A DNA stretch of 64,000 bases from Candidatus Palauibacter sp. (lineage in GTDB: Bacteria > Gemmatimonadota > Gemmatimonadetes > Palauibacterales > Palauibacteraceae), in assembly GCF_965216145.1 (NCBI RefSeq), contig NZ_OZ244149.1, positions 3,404,797-3,468,796 on the forward strand. The letters run 5' to 3'. The position numbers were made by a program, and so were the translations under genes. Below, in pieces: positions 17,795 to 30,154 of the stretch (its first letter is position 1; every line of letters begins with the position of its first letter). The notes under the pieces were generated by a model. It had not been told where the DNA came from, ran no database searches, and was given only the letters and a program-made list of their open reading frames with translations.

Positions 17795-18726
17795 GGGCGC
17801 CGATCCCGCTTCATCTCCTCCAGTTCGTCTCGCAGCTGGGCCATCATCTCCGCCAGGAACCCGAGCACGAAGAGGAGCAGTCCCGCCACGACGAGAAGGA
17901 CCACGAGCGTGAGCAGCGGACGAAAGCCGAGCCCGAAGCCGAAGCGCAGCACGAGCGCCACGATCCCGGTCAGGCCGCCGGCCGCGATGAGCGCGAGGCC
18001 GGAGGTGCCGAAGAAGAGCAGCGGCTTGCGGCCGAACACGAGCTGGAACCAGACGGAGACGAGATCGAGCATCCCGACCATGATGCGGCGCCGCCCCGAG
18101 AACTTGGCCTCGCCGTGCCGCCTCGGGTGCAGTTCGATATCCAGTTCGCCGAGGCGGTAGCCCTGCGCGTGGGCCAGGACGACGAGATAGCGGTGCCAGT
18201 CGTGGCGCAGCGTGAGGCCGGCCAGGACGTCGGCGTGAAACGCCTTCATCGAGTTCAGATCCCGCACGGGCACGCGAAAGATGGCGCGCGCGAGTCCGTT
18301 GTAGATCGACGACACGAAGCGCTTCTTGTAGCGGCCGACCTTTCGCCCCGCGACCAGATCGTACCCCTCGTCCAGCATCGCCACGAAGCGCGGAATCTCC
18401 TCGGTCGAATGCTGCAGGTCCGCGTCGAAGAGGACGAGATATTCGCCGCGCGCGGCTTCCGATGCGGTGAGCATGGCCTCCGTCTTGCCGCGGTTCGCGC
18501 GGTGCCGCAGCACCACGGCCGCGTCGAGTCCCGCGGAGGCTGCCGCGGCCCGCGCGGCTTCGGTCGTGCCATCGCCGGAACCATCGTCGACCAGGACGAC
18601 TTCCGCCGACAGTTCGTGTGCCCGGAACGTCGCCGCGAGTTCCGAGAACAGCTCCGGCATGTTCTCCGCCTCGTCGTACGCGGGCACGATGACCGAGACG
18701 CGGGGTGACTCGTCCTTCATGGACAC
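17791..18726 (-). CDS. GT2 polyprenol-phosphate glycosyltransferase (GtrB/ArnC-like)
   Basis: VSVIVPAYDEAENM...LVDDGSGDGT...DADLQHS, plus two C-terminal TM helices typical of GtrB/ArnC. Confidence 0.8.
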   Translation of the reverse strand: MSMKDESPRVSVIVPAYDEAENMPELFSELAATFRAHELSAEVVLVDDGSGDGTTEAARAAAASAGLDAAVVLRHRANRGKTEAMLTASEAARGEYLVLFDADLQHSTEEIPRFVAMLDEGYDLVAGRKVGRYKKRFVSSIYNGLARAIFRVPVRDLNSMKAFHADVLAGLTLRHDWHRYLVVLAHAQGYRLGELDIELHPRRHGEAKFSGRRRIMVGMLDLVSVWFQLVFGRKPLLFFGTSGLALIAAGGLTGIVALVLRFGFGLGFRPLLTLVVLLVVAGLLLFVLGFLAEMMAQLRDELEEMKRDRRP

Positions 18727-18727
18727 C

Positions 18728-20143
18728 TCACAGGCGTTTGCGCATGCGGGCCGAGAGGATCCCGAGCCGGTCGCGATACTTCGCCACCGTACGGCGGGCG
18801 ATCTTCACGCCGCCCCGTCTCAGCCGATCCGCGATCTGGTGATCGTTGAGGGGCGCCCTCGGATCCTCCTCCGACACCAGCTTGCGGATCTGGGCCTGCA
18901 CCCCCCTGGCCGACACGTCCGCACCCCCATCGGTCGCGTAACCACCCGAAAAGAAGAACTTGAGCGGGTAGAGCCCCCGCGGCGTCTGCACGTATTTCTC
19001 GTTCGCGATCCGGGACACGGTCGACTCGTGCACTTCGAGGTGTCGGGCGACCTCACGCAGCTTGAGGGGCCGCAGGTGTTCCACCCCCTTCTCTAAGAAC
19101 TCCCGCTGCCGCTCCACGATGAAATCCATGGCGCTCAGCATCGTCTGCCGGCGCTGCTCGATGGCCTGGATCAGCCACTGCGCGCTGTTGAGTCGCTCCG
19201 AGATGAATGTCCGGTTCTCTCCGTCGAACCGCGCGCGATCCGCGGCGATCTTCCGGTAGGTCGGAGACAGTTTCAGGCGAGGCAGAGAGGTATCGCTGTG
19301 AGAGACCACGTAGCGGCCGTCGACTCTCTCCACCGTCAGGTCCGGGATCACGTAGGTGTCCGATCCGTCCGCATACTTCAGGCCCGGCTTGGGGTCCAGC
19401 GTCGCGATCTCGTCGGCCGCCTCCTGGACTTCGCGCGGCGTGATTCCGTATTCCTGCGCCACGTCGCTCCAGCGGTGCTCCGCGAGTTGGCGAAAGTGGT
19501 CGTGGACTATCCGAAACGGCAGCGACCCCTCCCGCCCGCGGTCGCGCAACTGAAGGAGGAGCGACTCGCGCAGATCCCGCGCCCCGATGCCGCTCGGTTC
19601 GAAGGCCTGAACCCCCGCGAGGATCTCCTCGACCTCGTCCCGGCGGACGTCCGCCGCATCCCCGAGGCGGGTCTCGGCCGCTTCGATGATCCGGTCCGGC
19701 GCGCAGGAGAGAAACCCGTCCCGGTTGATATTCCCGATGATCTCTTCGCCGATCAGGACCTGGCGTTCGTCGAGCCGGAGGAGGTTCAACTGATCGTGGA
19801 GATGGTCCCAAAGGCTTCGGGTCGCCGTCACCGTCGGCGTGAAGCTCTCGCGCTCCTCGTGTTCCTCCCGCCGCCCCCCGGGATCGAAGTCGTCGAGGAG
19901 CACCTCTTCCCAATCCACCTCCTCCCCGGATTCGACGTCCTCGTCCCCGGGTTCGACGTCCTCGTCCCCGGGTTCGACGAGTTCGAGGAAGGGATTGCCG
20001 ACGAGTTCCTGTCTCAGGCGCGCCTGAAGGTCGAGGAGCGGCATGTGCAGGAGATCCATCGCCTGGTAGAGGCGCGGATGGGCCTTCTGTTCCTGCCGCA
20101 GCTCGAGGCCGGCGGAGAGGCCGGGTCGCCCGTCGAGAGGCAT
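18728..20143 (-). CDS. rpoN: RNA polymerase sigma-54 factor
   Basis: RpoN box ARRTVAKYR near the C-terminus, an N-terminal Gln/Leu-rich region and a core-binding domain. Confidence 0.9.
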   Translation of the reverse strand: MPLDGRPGLSAGLELRQEQKAHPRLYQAMDLLHMPLLDLQARLRQELVGNPFLELVEPGDEDVEPGDEDVESGEEVDWEEVLLDDFDPGGRREEHEERESFTPTVTATRSLWDHLHDQLNLLRLDERQVLIGEEIIGNINRDGFLSCAPDRIIEAAETRLGDAADVRRDEVEEILAGVQAFEPSGIGARDLRESLLLQLRDRGREGSLPFRIVHDHFRQLAEHRWSDVAQEYGITPREVQEAADEIATLDPKPGLKYADGSDTYVIPDLTVERVDGRYVVSHSDTSLPRLKLSPTYRKIAADRARFDGENRTFISERLNSAQWLIQAIEQRRQTMLSAMDFIVERQREFLEKGVEHLRPLKLREVARHLEVHESTVSRIANEKYVQTPRGLYPLKFFFSGGYATDGGADVSARGVQAQIRKLVSEEDPRAPLNDHQIADRLRRGGVKIARRTVAKYRDRLGILSARMRKRL

Positions 20144-20144
20144 G

Positions 20145-21161
20145 TCAGAGCCTGAAGTCCGTCCCGAGATACAGTTCTCGCGCCTCGGGGTCGTTGACGA
20201 GACGATCCGCCGCCCCCTGCACGAGGATCTTGCCCTCGAACAACAGGTACGCGCGATCCGTGATCGAGAGCGTCTCGCGCACGTTGTGGTCCGTGATCAG
20301 GACCCCGAGCCCCTTGTCCCGCAGGTCTTTCACGATGCGCTGGATGTCCTCGATCGCGATCGGGTCGACCCCGGTGAACGGTTCGTCGAGGAGGAGGAAC
20401 TTGGGCCGCGTCACGAGCGCCCGCGTGATCTCGAGGCGGCGGCGTTCGCCACCGGAGAGCGAGTAGGCCTTGTTCGCCCGAAGGTGCTTGATCGACAGTT
20501 CGTCGAGCAGTTCCTCGAGCCGGTCCCGTCGCTCCTGCCGCGACAACTTCTGGGTCTCGAGGATCGCCATCACGTTCTGTTCGACCGTGAGCTTCTGGAA
20601 CACCGAGGCCTCCTGCGGCAGGTATCCGATCCCGGCCCGCGCGCGGCGATACATCGGCCATCGGGTGATTTCCTCGTCATCCAGATAGACGCGGCCCCTG
20701 TCCGCCTTGAGCAGCCCCACGATCATGTAGAACGTCGTGGTCTTGCCGGCGCCGTTAGGACCGAGCAGACCGACGATTTCTCCCTGGCGCACCCTGATCT
20801 CCACCTCGTTCACCACGCACCGGCGTTTGAACGAGCGCACGAGGCCCTCGGCCCGGAGTACGCTCCCGTTCCGGACCGATGTCCCCTCCGGCCCGGACTC
20901 GGCTCGCGGCGCGGCTTCGAGGTCGGGGTCGGCCCGAGGCGCGGGTTCAAGGTCGGGTTCGGTCCGCGGCTCGGCTTCGACTTCGGGCTCGGCCTGAGGC
21001 ACGGCTTCGAGGTCGGGCTCGGTCCGAGGCGCGGCTTCGACTTCGGGCTCGGCCTGAGGCTCGGCTTCGAGGTCGGGCTCGGCCGAGGCTCGGCTTCGAC
21101 TTCGGACTCGGCCTGAGGCGGACTCGGGACCGTCGTCGGGCGGCTGCAGATTACTCACCAC
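20145..21161 (-). CDS. lptB: LPS export ABC transporter ATP-binding protein LptB with N-terminal acidic repeat extension
   Basis: Walker [12 protein letters not shown], signature [11 protein letters not shown] and Walker B LLLDEPF. The core begins near residue 95. Upstream is about 90 aa of [12 protein letters not shown] 20-aa repeats. Confidence 0.85.
   Translation of the reverse strand: MVSNLQPPDDGPESASGRVRSRSRASAEPDLEAEPQAEPEVEAAPRTEPDLEAVPQAEPEVEAEPRTEPDLEPAPRADPDLEAAPRAESGPEGTSVRNGSVLRAEGLVRSFKRRCVVNEVEIRVRQGEIVGLLGPNGAGKTTTFYMIVGLLKADRGRVYLDDEEITRWPMYRRARAGIGYLPQEASVFQKLTVEQNVMAILETQKLSRQERRDRLEELLDELSIKHLRANKAYSLSGGERRRLEITRALVTRPKFLLLDEPFTGVDPIAIEDIQRIVKDLRDKGLGVLITDHNVRETLSITDRAYLLFEGKILVQGAADRLVNDPEARELYLGTDFRL
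20880..21125. repeat. ~4 tandem copies of a ~60-bp unit (ggcttcgaggtcgggctcggyccgaggcgcggcttcgacttcgggctcggcctgaggc-like)
   Basis: Direct tandem repetition seen in the sequence. It is in frame with lptB and encodes [20 protein letters not shown]. Confidence 0.8.
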
Positions 21162-22975
21162 ATTCTCCTCGATCTGTGGGAGGGGGCGGGCCGTGCGCCC
21201 CGGGCCGTGCGGACCGGCGGCGAGCGGCCCGAGGCCGCCGCGAGGGGCTGCAGCCGAGGGCGTCCGCCGCTCCGGAGCGTGTCCGGCGGGGCGGACAACG
21301 TGTCCGGAGGGGTGGACGACGTATCCGGCGGTGCCGACAACGTGTCGGACGCGACGCGGGCCGAGTCGCCCGGGGCCGACCCTGCGGCGTCCCCGGCCGA
21401 GGTCGTGTCCGCCGGTTGTTCGCCCCCCGACGCTTCCCCGAATACCTCCCGCGGTTCCAGATACACGCCGATCGCGTGGTCGCCGGCCACGGCGAGGGGC
21501 TCCCCATCTTCGAAGTCCACCTGGATGCGCACGCCTACGAGGTAGTTTCGCGAGGGCCGCGACGTGGCCATCGAATCGCGGACCATCCGGTAGAGCGCGC
21601 TCGCCCCCCCCGCCAGGATCAACCGCGACATCGCGGGCTCGGCCACGGCCACCGAGTCGGCGGCCGCGTCGTCCGGACGTTCGAAGATGGCGATGAGCGT
21701 GTCCGCGCGAGCCCAGTTCATGGAACCGTCGAGGGCGAGTTCCGGTCCCCCGCTCGCCTCCGATTCCCCGTCCTCCGTCTCCTCCGTCTCCTGCGACTCC
21801 TCCGACTCCGCGCCCTCTGCACGGCCCGACTCGACCTCAGCCTCAGCTTCGGCGTCAGCCTCCGCCCCGGTCGCCGCCGCCGCAGAATCCCGGGGAGCGG
21901 CGGCTGAATCGGACTCCGTCGGCCCGGCGAGGGTGTCCGGCCGCGCGACCGTCGTGTCACGCTGGATCGCGACCGCGTCCCCCACCGAGTACGCCGTGTC
22001 GATCTGGCTCCGGTACATCACGAAATGAAGCGAGTCGCCATACAGGACGTGGGAACCGGAGTCGGCTTCGCCGAGCCCCTCGCCGTGTGCCCAGACGTGC
22101 TTCACGTCCCGGTTGTCCAGTTCGATGTCGATCGCCTCCGCGCGCACCTCGTAATTCTCTCCCGCCGCGTAGCCCCCGCCGATCGCCCGCACCTCCTCGA
22201 GCTCCTCGTTCTCGGACCGGAACCTTATCGTGTCGCCTTCGAGCCGGATCCCTTCCGCCTCGATCCAGGGCTCGCCCCACATGACGCCGAGTCCATCCTC
22301 CCTGGTGAGAGAGGCGGTGTCGGCCCGCGCGTTGAGGTCGCTGCGGGTGATGACCGCATCTCCCGCGAACCGGGCCTCGTCCTCCCCCGCGAACACGGCG
22401 ACATCGGCCTCGACCTCGAAGGGTTCGCGCGACTCCCCGTGCTCCGGGTAGAAGGTCACGGTGGGGCGCCCCGACGCGGTCGTGAACGCATCGACGCCGG
22501 AGACCGCTCGCAGGAACTCGACCCGCGGACCCGTGAGTGTGGATCCGTCCACGAGACGGACGAGTTCGACGTTGTCCTCGGCGATGATGAAATCCGAAAG
22601 CTGGAAGTAGAGGAGCCGGTCGGACTTCAGGGTCCGGATCGTGTCTTCGTAGACCACGCGGCCGATGAGTTCCACCTGGCGGGGGCCATCCCGCTTGATG
22701 GCGCTGTCCGCCTCCATCGCGGCCGACCCGCAGGTCCACAGATAACGGCCGCTCAGATGCGTGACGTGCTCACCTGCGACATCCCGGTTCGTGAAGCTTC
22801 GCGTGTCGGCTTCGAGCGGGCGCCACCTCAGGGTGCATTCCCCCATCGCCGGGGCGATCCCCTCCCGAGCTTCCTCCGGGGCCGGAATGGAGTCGGGCTC
22901 CTGTGCGGAGAGCGGACCCGCGAGCCACACCGTCGCGACGAGGAGAGCCGGGAGGCCGGAGCGGACGCGATTCAC
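21155..22975 (-). CDS. lptA: LptA/OstA-like periplasmic LPS-transport protein, extended multi-repeat form (606 aa)
   Basis: Signal peptide [25 protein letters not shown]. Positioned between the lptC-like gene and lptB. Carries an acidic tract ([36 protein letters not shown]) and C-terminal [19 protein letters not shown] repeats. The final ~39 aa are Arg-rich and may be spurious. Confidence 0.5.
   Translation of the reverse strand: MNRVRSGLPALLVATVWLAGPLSAQEPDSIPAPEEAREGIAPAMGECTLRWRPLEADTRSFTNRDVAGEHVTHLSGRYLWTCGSAAMEADSAIKRDGPRQVELIGRVVYEDTIRTLKSDRLLYFQLSDFIIAEDNVELVRLVDGSTLTGPRVEFLRAVSGVDAFTTASGRPTVTFYPEHGESREPFEVEADVAVFAGEDEARFAGDAVITRSDLNARADTASLTREDGLGVMWGEPWIEAEGIRLEGDTIRFRSENEELEEVRAIGGGYAAGENYEVRAEAIDIELDNRDVKHVWAHGEGLGEADSGSHVLYGDSLHFVMYRSQIDTAYSVGDAVAIQRDTTVARPDTLAGPTESDSAAAPRDSAAAATGAEADAEAEAEVESGRAEGAESEESQETEETEDGESEASGGPELALDGSMNWARADTLIAIFERPDDAAADSVAVAEPAMSRLILAGGASALYRMVRDSMATSRPSRNYLVGVRIQVDFEDGEPLAVAGDHAIGVYLEPREVFGEASGGEQPADTTSAGDAAGSAPGDSARVASDTLSAPPDTSSTPPDTLSAPPDTLRSGGRPRLQPLAAASGRSPPVRTARGARPAPSHRSRRMW
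21285..21365. repeat. short 21-bp tandem repeats encoding PPDT(S/L)S(T/A)
   Basis: gtgtccggaggggtggacgac / gtatccggcggtgccgacaac / gtgtcggacgcg seen directly in the sequence. Confidence 0.6.
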
Positions 22976-24039
22976 CGGCGCGCCGTGGTATCCGGGGGTG
23001 CGCCCGTGGTGTCCCGCGCGACGGCCGTATCCGGCGGCGCGACCAGCGTGTCCCGCGCGACGGTCGTATCCGGCGGCGCGACCAGCGTGTCCTGCGCGAC
23101 GGTCGTATCCGGCGGCGCGACCAGCGTGTCCGGCGCGACGGTCTTCTCCAGCGGCGCGATCAGCATGTCCTGCGCGACGGTCGTATCCGGCGGCGCGACC
23201 AGCGTGTCCGGCGCGACGGTCTTCTCCAGCGGCGCGATCAGCATGTCCGGCGCGACGGTCGAATCGGGAGGCGCGACCAGCGTGTCCGGCGCGACGGTCG
23301 AATCGGGAGGCGCGACCAGCGTGTCCTGCGTTGCCATCGTATCCGGACGGGCCGCCGCGGTGTCCTCGGCCACCAACGTCGGGACCTCCGCCTCGGCGGT
23401 ATCCTGCACGACTGGAGTCGTATCGGCGGCTGCGGGAGTCGTGTCCATCGGCGTCGGATCCGCGACGGTGACGATCCGGGGCCGGGTCTCGCCCTCCGGG
23501 TTCAGGACGATGACCGAATCGAGCCCCGGGTCCGACTCGAACGCCGAACCCTCGATGAGCATCGTCCCCACGGCCCGGGAGAGCCGAAACAGCGTGTCAC
23601 CATAGAGGCGCCCTTCCGCATTCACGTACCGCATGCGTTCGGTCTCCAGCCTCTGTCCATCGACGTGGTCCTCGGCGACCACATCTCCTTCCGCCTGCAG
23701 GTCCCCCCTGAGTTCGTCGTAGATGCCGTACGCCGAGGTCACCTCGGAGGATGGATTCCCGTTCACGTCGTAGAAGATGATCCTCATCGGGCGCAGGTGG
23801 ACCTCGTTCTCTCCGTGCCATTCGGCCGTATCCCCCTCCACGACCGCGCGCCGGATCCCCTGGCGCGTCACGACGGTACGCATCGCCGTCTGCGCCATCT
23901 CGACGCCTTCGGGGAGGAGCTGGCTGGCGGTGGGAGGCGCGTTGTCGGGTTCGCACGCCGCGAAGAGCGCGACCAGCACCGCCCACAGCGGCGGGCCGCC
24001 CCCCCGCGCGCGCCGACGCTCACCGCCCGCGCGCATCAC
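22972..24039 (-). CDS. lptC: LptC-like protein with long C-terminal DTLVAPPDTTVA tandem-repeat tail
   Basis: N-terminal anchor LWAVLVALFAAC, then an OstA-like beta-jellyroll region. Sits immediately upstream of the lptA-like gene and downstream of kdsC. About 115 aa of 12-aa repeats at the C-terminus. Assignment is by position and fold only. Confidence 0.45.
   Translation of the reverse strand: MMRAGGERRRARGGGPPLWAVLVALFAACEPDNAPPTASQLLPEGVEMAQTAMRTVVTRQGIRRAVVEGDTAEWHGENEVHLRPMRIIFYDVNGNPSSEVTSAYGIYDELRGDLQAEGDVVAEDHVDGQRLETERMRYVNAEGRLYGDTLFRLSRAVGTMLIEGSAFESDPGLDSVIVLNPEGETRPRIVTVADPTPMDTTPAAADTTPVVQDTAEAEVPTLVAEDTAAARPDTMATQDTLVAPPDSTVAPDTLVAPPDSTVAPDMLIAPLEKTVAPDTLVAPPDTTVAQDMLIAPLEKTVAPDTLVAPPDTTVAQDTLVAPPDTTVARDTLVAPPDTAVARDTTGAPPDTTARR
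22985..23350. repeat. ~10 tandem copies of a 36-bp unit (gtcccgcgcgacggtcgtatccggcggcgcgaccagcgt) with 72-bp higher-order alternation
   Basis: Direct tandem repetition visible in the sequence. Encodes the DTLVAPPDTTVA repeats of the lptC-like gene. Confidence 0.85.
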
Positions 24040-24605
24040 GTACTCGAACCGCAAACTCGTCCTCCTTCCCGGAACTCCGCCACCAGATCGTCCCACTCCC
24101 CACGCCCCGCGAGCAGGGCCTCGGCGAACTCACGCACGGCTCCTTCTCCGCCGGGGACCGTGCCCACCCAGGCCGCCGCGGCGCGCACCTCGGGCACCGC
24201 ACCGACGACCGCCGCCGGAAGGCCTACCCGCTCCATGACGGAGAGATCCGCGAGATCGTCGCCCAGGTGGGCGGCCTGGGCGAACGTCCAGTCACGCCTC
24301 GCCAGGATACCCCGCAGCGCCGCAAGCTTTCCCTCCGGCGCTCCGAGCGAAACCTCTTCGATCCCCAGCTCCCGGGCCCGCAGCCCCACCGCCGTCGAAC
24401 GCTTCCCGCTCACGAAGGCGACCACGAGGCCCGCCCGCTGCATGAGCCGGATCGCCATCCCGTCGAGGGCGTGGAAGCGACGCATCTCGGTCCGGCCCAC
24501 CGCGTCCGCGCCGATCCAGATCGAGCCATCCGTGAGCACGCCGTCAACGTCCAGGGAGACCAGTCGTACGGCCTTCGCCCGTCGAGGGTCGAGTACCGGC
24601 GTCAT
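24036..24605 (-). CDS. kdsC: 3-deoxy-D-manno-octulosonate 8-phosphate phosphatase (HAD)
   Basis: HAD motif I LVSLDVDGVLTDG and KdsC-like length. Confidence 0.8.
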   Translation of the reverse strand: MTPVLDPRRAKAVRLVSLDVDGVLTDGSIWIGADAVGRTEMRRFHALDGMAIRLMQRAGLVVAFVSGKRSTAVGLRARELGIEEVSLGAPEGKLAALRGILARRDWTFAQAAHLGDDLADLSVMERVGLPAAVVGAVPEVRAAAAWVGTVPGGEGAVREFAEALLAGRGEWDDLVAEFREGGRVCGSST

Positions 24606-24647
24606 GACGCGCCTCTCGGGTCCGGCCGCGCACCGCGAGGGCTCACG

Positions 24648-27954
<3,307 letters not shown>

Positions 27955-28063
27955 CGGCGGCGAGTTTGATTCGCTTGGAGCGGCATCGCAAGAAGCTAGG
28001 CGCGCGCTCCGGGGTTGTCAAAATCCGCCCCCAAAATCGAGCCGGGCGGATCGGCCCGGAAGA

Positions 28064-29749
28064 TCAGCGCGGCGGCGGCATCCGGGTGGGTCGCGCGGAC
28101 CTGCGCGTGCGGACATCGATGAACCCGATGACGCCGGGCGCGTCGGGCTCGGCGGTGGAGCCCGCCGCGGCTCCGAACTCCAGCTGGAAATCCCACAGCC
28201 GGATGGCCAGCCCGCCCTGGATCGAACCGTACCACTGGAGGCGGTCACTCGGCGACCCCATACGCGCGGTGCTCCCCCGCGCGAAGACATCCAATCCGCC
28301 GAGCGCGGCGTCGCCGAGGACGGGAACGGCATAAGCCGCTTCCGCGTAGACCATCCAGGAACCCCTCAATCCGCGCAGGACCATGGTCGGTATCGTCCCC
28401 GGGCCCCCGATCGTCGAGTAGCGCTGGAACGGCAAGCGGCCGGCGACGTCCGCGCGACCCATTGCGAATACATCGACGGAGTGTCCCAACCAAGTCACGC
28501 GACGGGCCGCGACGCGGCCCTCGACGAGCAGAAAATCGTGGGATTCCATCCCCGCCACACTCGACGCGTCCGTGTCCCCGGACCCGGATCTGTCGGGCAT
28601 GTTCGGGTTATAGGGAACCGTAGGGTGCGCCCGCGCGGGCGCGAGGTCCGCGTCGAAACCGCCTTCAACTCCCAACCCGAAAGCCGCTCGCCCCTCGCGA
28701 CTGTTCACGGACCATTCGAAGCCGGACCGCACGAACCAGAACGCCCCCTCGTTAATCGGTTGATTCGCATACGGTCGCCGGCGAGGGTCATCCTCATCCC
28801 CGAACAGGACGGTTACGTCGCGGGCGTCGAGAGATTCTGCGTCTTCCCGCCCCGCCGAGAACGTGAATCGCCAGCCCGGGGCGTCCTCCCACACCGGCGG
28901 CTCGGCCGATACCCACTCCAGTGCGAGACCGAACTGCCTGGAATCGTAGTAGTCTCGGCCGTCATCGCCCGCGACGAAATGCGCCAGGCTGTTGTACCAC
29001 GTCGGGTGGATCCAACCGTCATTGGTGACCACGGCGCTGGTCGCGAACAGGCCCAGACGGACCCGCTCGCCCAGGTGCCACGAATTGTGCAGACGAAAGT
29101 CCACGTCCCCTCGAGCGGGGATCCAGATCCCGCCCACCGCAAGTTCGGGACGGCCGGGGGCATCCGACACGCGGGCCAGCGCGCCGACCGGGAGGGACAG
29201 GCCGTTCACCCGGTCGTAGGTGGGCAGACGGACACCCCAGGTGCCGTCGAGTTCGAAGGCGGGCTCGGGCTCGACTTCCGAGATGATCTCGAACCCGCCC
29301 TCCGTGGGCCGGACGCGGAGCGGTTCGTTGGGGCGGTAGGTGATGACACCGGCGACCTCGGCCAGGCCGGAGTCGTAGAAGCCTCCCCCGAGGACGAGGA
29401 CATCGCCGGCCACCGAAGCCCCGCCCCGGAGGAAGAGGTCACCGTCCACGACGTAGATGCCGCCCTCGATCCGTCCGGCGATGCGGGCGGTGCCCTCGAG
29501 CAGGAGGACGGGCCCGGGCACCGTGTCGCCTCTCGCGAGCACCGTGTCGCGCACCCAGAGGTCGAAGCGATTCGCTTCGAGGAAGCTTCGGAGGGCCTCC
29601 TGGGCTTCGGAGCGCGGTTCGCCGGCGAGCCGCACCTGCTGTCCGCTGGCCGGGCCCGGTAGCGCAAGGACCAGCGCCGCCGCGAACCCGAGCGCGGGAC
29701 GGCGGAGCGGCCGGAACGGCCTCCGTGAGGGCCGGTGCCCGCAACGCAT
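28064..29749 (-). CDS. hypothetical secreted/outer-membrane protein (~560 aa) with a bactofilin-like beta-helical N-terminal region
   Basis: Internal Met start MRCGHRPSRRPFRPLRRPALGFAAALVLALPGPASGQQ (signal peptide). Then IAGRIEGGIYVVDGDLFLRGGASVAGDVLVLGGGFYDSGLAEVAGVITY repeats, then a Gly/aromatic-rich region. The upstream part of the ORF is probably not translated. Confidence 0.4.
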   Translation of the reverse strand: MRCGHRPSRRPFRPLRRPALGFAAALVLALPGPASGQQVRLAGEPRSEAQEALRSFLEANRFDLWVRDTVLARGDTVPGPVLLLEGTARIAGRIEGGIYVVDGDLFLRGGASVAGDVLVLGGGFYDSGLAEVAGVITYRPNEPLRVRPTEGGFEIISEVEPEPAFELDGTWGVRLPTYDRVNGLSLPVGALARVSDAPGRPELAVGGIWIPARGDVDFRLHNSWHLGERVRLGLFATSAVVTNDGWIHPTWYNSLAHFVAGDDGRDYYDSRQFGLALEWVSAEPPVWEDAPGWRFTFSAGREDAESLDARDVTVLFGDEDDPRRRPYANQPINEGAFWFVRSGFEWSVNSREGRAAFGLGVEGGFDADLAPARAHPTVPYNPNMPDRSGSGDTDASSVAGMESHDFLLVEGRVAARRVTWLGHSVDVFAMGRADVAGRLPFQRYSTIGGPGTIPTMVLRGLRGSWMVYAEAAYAVPVLGDAALGGLDVFARGSTARMGSPSDRLQWYGSIQGGLAIRLWDFQLEFGAAAGSTAEPDAPGVIGFIDVRTRRSARPTRMPPPR

Positions 29750-30102
29750 CACGGCGCGATCTTCGCCCGGGCGCTCCAGCGGTCCCACGCGATCACCTCT
29801 TCGCGCGGGCGCCGCTCCGCCAGTTCGGCCAGCCCGTCCTGAAAGCCCAGGCAGAGGAGCGCCACGACGGGCACGTCGTCCGGAACGCCGGCCACCCGCC
29901 GGACGTCGGGCTCCCGGAAACCGTAGATCCAGCTCGAATGCAGCCCGAGGTCGGCCGCCGTGAGCACCATCGTCTGGATCGCGGCGGCGAGGTCTCCCGT
30001 GAAGCTCCGCCGGCCCGTCCCGCTCACGTGCGAATGGATGCGCGCGCAGCACACGATGACGACCGGGGCGGTCCGCACGTGGGGATGGTTGAAGGCCGCC
30101 AT
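29749..30102 (-). pseudogene. nitroreductase-family C-terminal fragment (117 aa), N-terminally truncated
   Basis: Nitroreductase-like C-terminal half (TMVLTAADLGLHSSWIYGF...VVALLCLGF). An in-frame stop lies 12 codons upstream of the only ATG, with no alternative start codon in between. xerD ends 50 nt upstream. Confidence 0.35.
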
Positions 30103-30154
30103 CGCGATCCGGTTGCCGCGCGAGGTGCAGCAGGCGGGTCAGCCGCATGGCCGG

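Noticed and set aside
18728-20143. Searched for sigma-54 (-24 GG / -12 GC) promoters upstream of nearby operons, given the presence of rpoN
   Set aside because: No convincing TGGCAC-N5-TTGC match could be established by eye. A TGGCACCGCTGATCC near 12415 lacks the -12 element.
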